A stretch of 28,412 nucleotides of DNA from Promethearchaeota archaeon Loki_b31 (GTDB lineage Archaea > Asgardarchaeota > Lokiarchaeia > Sigyniarchaeales > SOKP01), in NCBI GenBank assembly GCA_005222975.1, contig NJBI01000045.1, forward strand, positions 1 through 28,412. The letters run 5' to 3'. Position 1 is the first letter of the stretch, and the number at the start of each line of letters is the position of its first letter. This document shows, piece by piece, positions 27,271 to 28,412 of this stretch. A program made the position numbers and the translations under genes. The notes beneath the pieces are model-generated. The model was not told where the DNA came from. It saw only the letters and a program-made list of their open reading frames with translations, and did no database searches.

Positions 27271-28412
27271 TTATTTAGTTTCACCGTACTTCTCTTTCCA
27301 GATAGGATCGTTAATTTGGAGCGCTCTTCGCTGTACTTTTCCAATTACATTTTTTGGCAAGTCTCCAATTATAGCAATGTGTTGAGGGACCTTATAGTGA
27401 GCCATGTTTTCGTTAGCCCACTCTTTAATTGATCTAGGCGACAAATCCGAATCGTCCCTAATGGAAACCCAAGCTTTTATTACCTCACCGTATTCATCGT
27501 GAGGTAGACCTGAAACAGCAACTTCTAATATGTCGGTGTGTTTCATTAAAAGTTCTTCGACTTCTTTTGGAAAAATAGAAAAACCTTTGTACTTGATGAG
27601 TTGTTTTTTACGGTCCCTAATCTCAACGGTGCCAGCTTCGTTCATAAATCCAATATCGCCAGTTAAAAGCCAAATTTTTCCGTTATATTCAATTAGCGCA
27701 TCAGCAGTTTCTTCTGGTTGATTTAAATAGCCTTTCATTAGTTGAGGTCCGTGAATACATATTTCTCCGGTATTTTCAATTCCAAAACTCGCATCTTCTG
27801 GATTTCCTAAACAGATTGGCCCTTTTGAAAAATCATCTGCGTGGAAAATGCCCCATTCTGTTCCTGGAAAAGGCATTCCTATGACTCCTACGGGACTATC
27901 CCCAAATAAGTTGCCTGCACTTACCGCGGGACTGGCTTCAGATAATCCATAAGCTTCGACAATTCGACCTCCTGTATTTTCTATAAACGCGTCTCTAACT
28001 TGTTTATGCAATGGACCAGCGCTAGATATACACAGCCTTAATTTTCCCATTACCCCAGGATATCTCCTCTTCAAATGTCTTAATTCAGCTAATTTTATAA
28101 ATAAAATCTCGGCTCCTGCGTAGACCAATCCTTCCGAACATGGCAATCTTTCAATAAGTTCGCACAACTCATCTTGAGATGGTGGTGTGGCAAAAAGCAT
28201 CATCCAACCTCCGATTTCTACTGTAGTATTCATAACAACAGTGTGGGCAAAACTATGAAATAATGGAAGTATCCCAATGTTTCCTATACCAGGCATTTCA
28301 CCGCCTAACCACTGTTTACATTGCTCCGCATTTGATACAACATTAAAATGCGTCAAAACTGCAGCCTTGGGCAAGCCTGTCGTACCCCCCGTCATAATAT
28401 AGGCGGCTGGGT
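27271..28412 (-). CDS. fadD: Long-chain fatty acid-CoA ligase paralogue, 5' end outside the window
   Basis: PAAYIMTGGTTGLPK, EAYGLSE, LTGDIG, DRKKQLIK, PKNVIGKV; closely similar to the neighbouring gene. Confidence 0.9.
   Translation of the reverse strand, partial: PAAYIMTGGTTGLPKAAVLTHFNVVSNAEQCKQWLGGEMPGIGNIGILPLFHSFAHTVVMNTTVEIGGWMMLFATPPSQDELCELIERLPCSEGLVYAGAEILFIKLAELRHLKRRYPGVMGKLRLCISSAGPLHKQVRDAFIENTGGRIVEAYGLSEASPAVSAGNLFGDSPVGVIGMPFPGTEWGIFHADDFSKGPICLGNPEDASFGIENTGEICIHGPQLMKGYLNQPEETADALIEYNGKIWLLTGDIGFMNEAGTVEIRDRKKQLIKYKGFSIFPKEVEELLMKHTDILEVAVSGLPHDEYGEVIKAWVSIRDDSDLSPRSIKEWANENMAHYKVPQHIAIIGDLPKNVIGKVQRRALQINDPIWKEKYGETK

Noticed and set aside
2909-27721. Other short ORFs overlapping larger genes (e.g. 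2909-3163, 4058-4303, 4847-5231, 8054-8248, 9599-9802, 10617-10868, 13348-13545, 19678-19884, 22886-23100, 25409-26239, 27530-27721)
   Set aside because: All lie antisense to well-supported genes and show no recognisable motifs.

Overview
AT-rich archaeal window, most likely from an Asgard archaeon (Lokiarchaeia-like). This is inferred from two Rab-like small GTPases, a longin-like protein, a V4R protein, an argS-speB-dys cluster, a TAT-less reductive-dehalogenase-like protein and tandem long-chain acyl-CoA ligases. Most genes are ordinary metabolic genes, but four things stand out. (1) A ~3.28 kb element (~14894-18177) appears to have inserted into the 3' end of a DegT-family aminotransferase gene. 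It carries a diverged replacement 3' end and a large acidic-N-terminus/LAGLIDADG/HTH protein. The displaced copy of the last 45 codons remains intact at 18178-18315. (2) The arginyl-tRNA synthetase is fused in frame behind a ~1,110-aa defence-like protein (HEPN-like head plus long helical body), and the ArgRS N-terminal segment is duplicated at the junction. (3) An ISL3-like transposase is split by a -1 frameshift at an A12 run. (4) At least two genes appear to require non-canonical ATT/ATA start codons.
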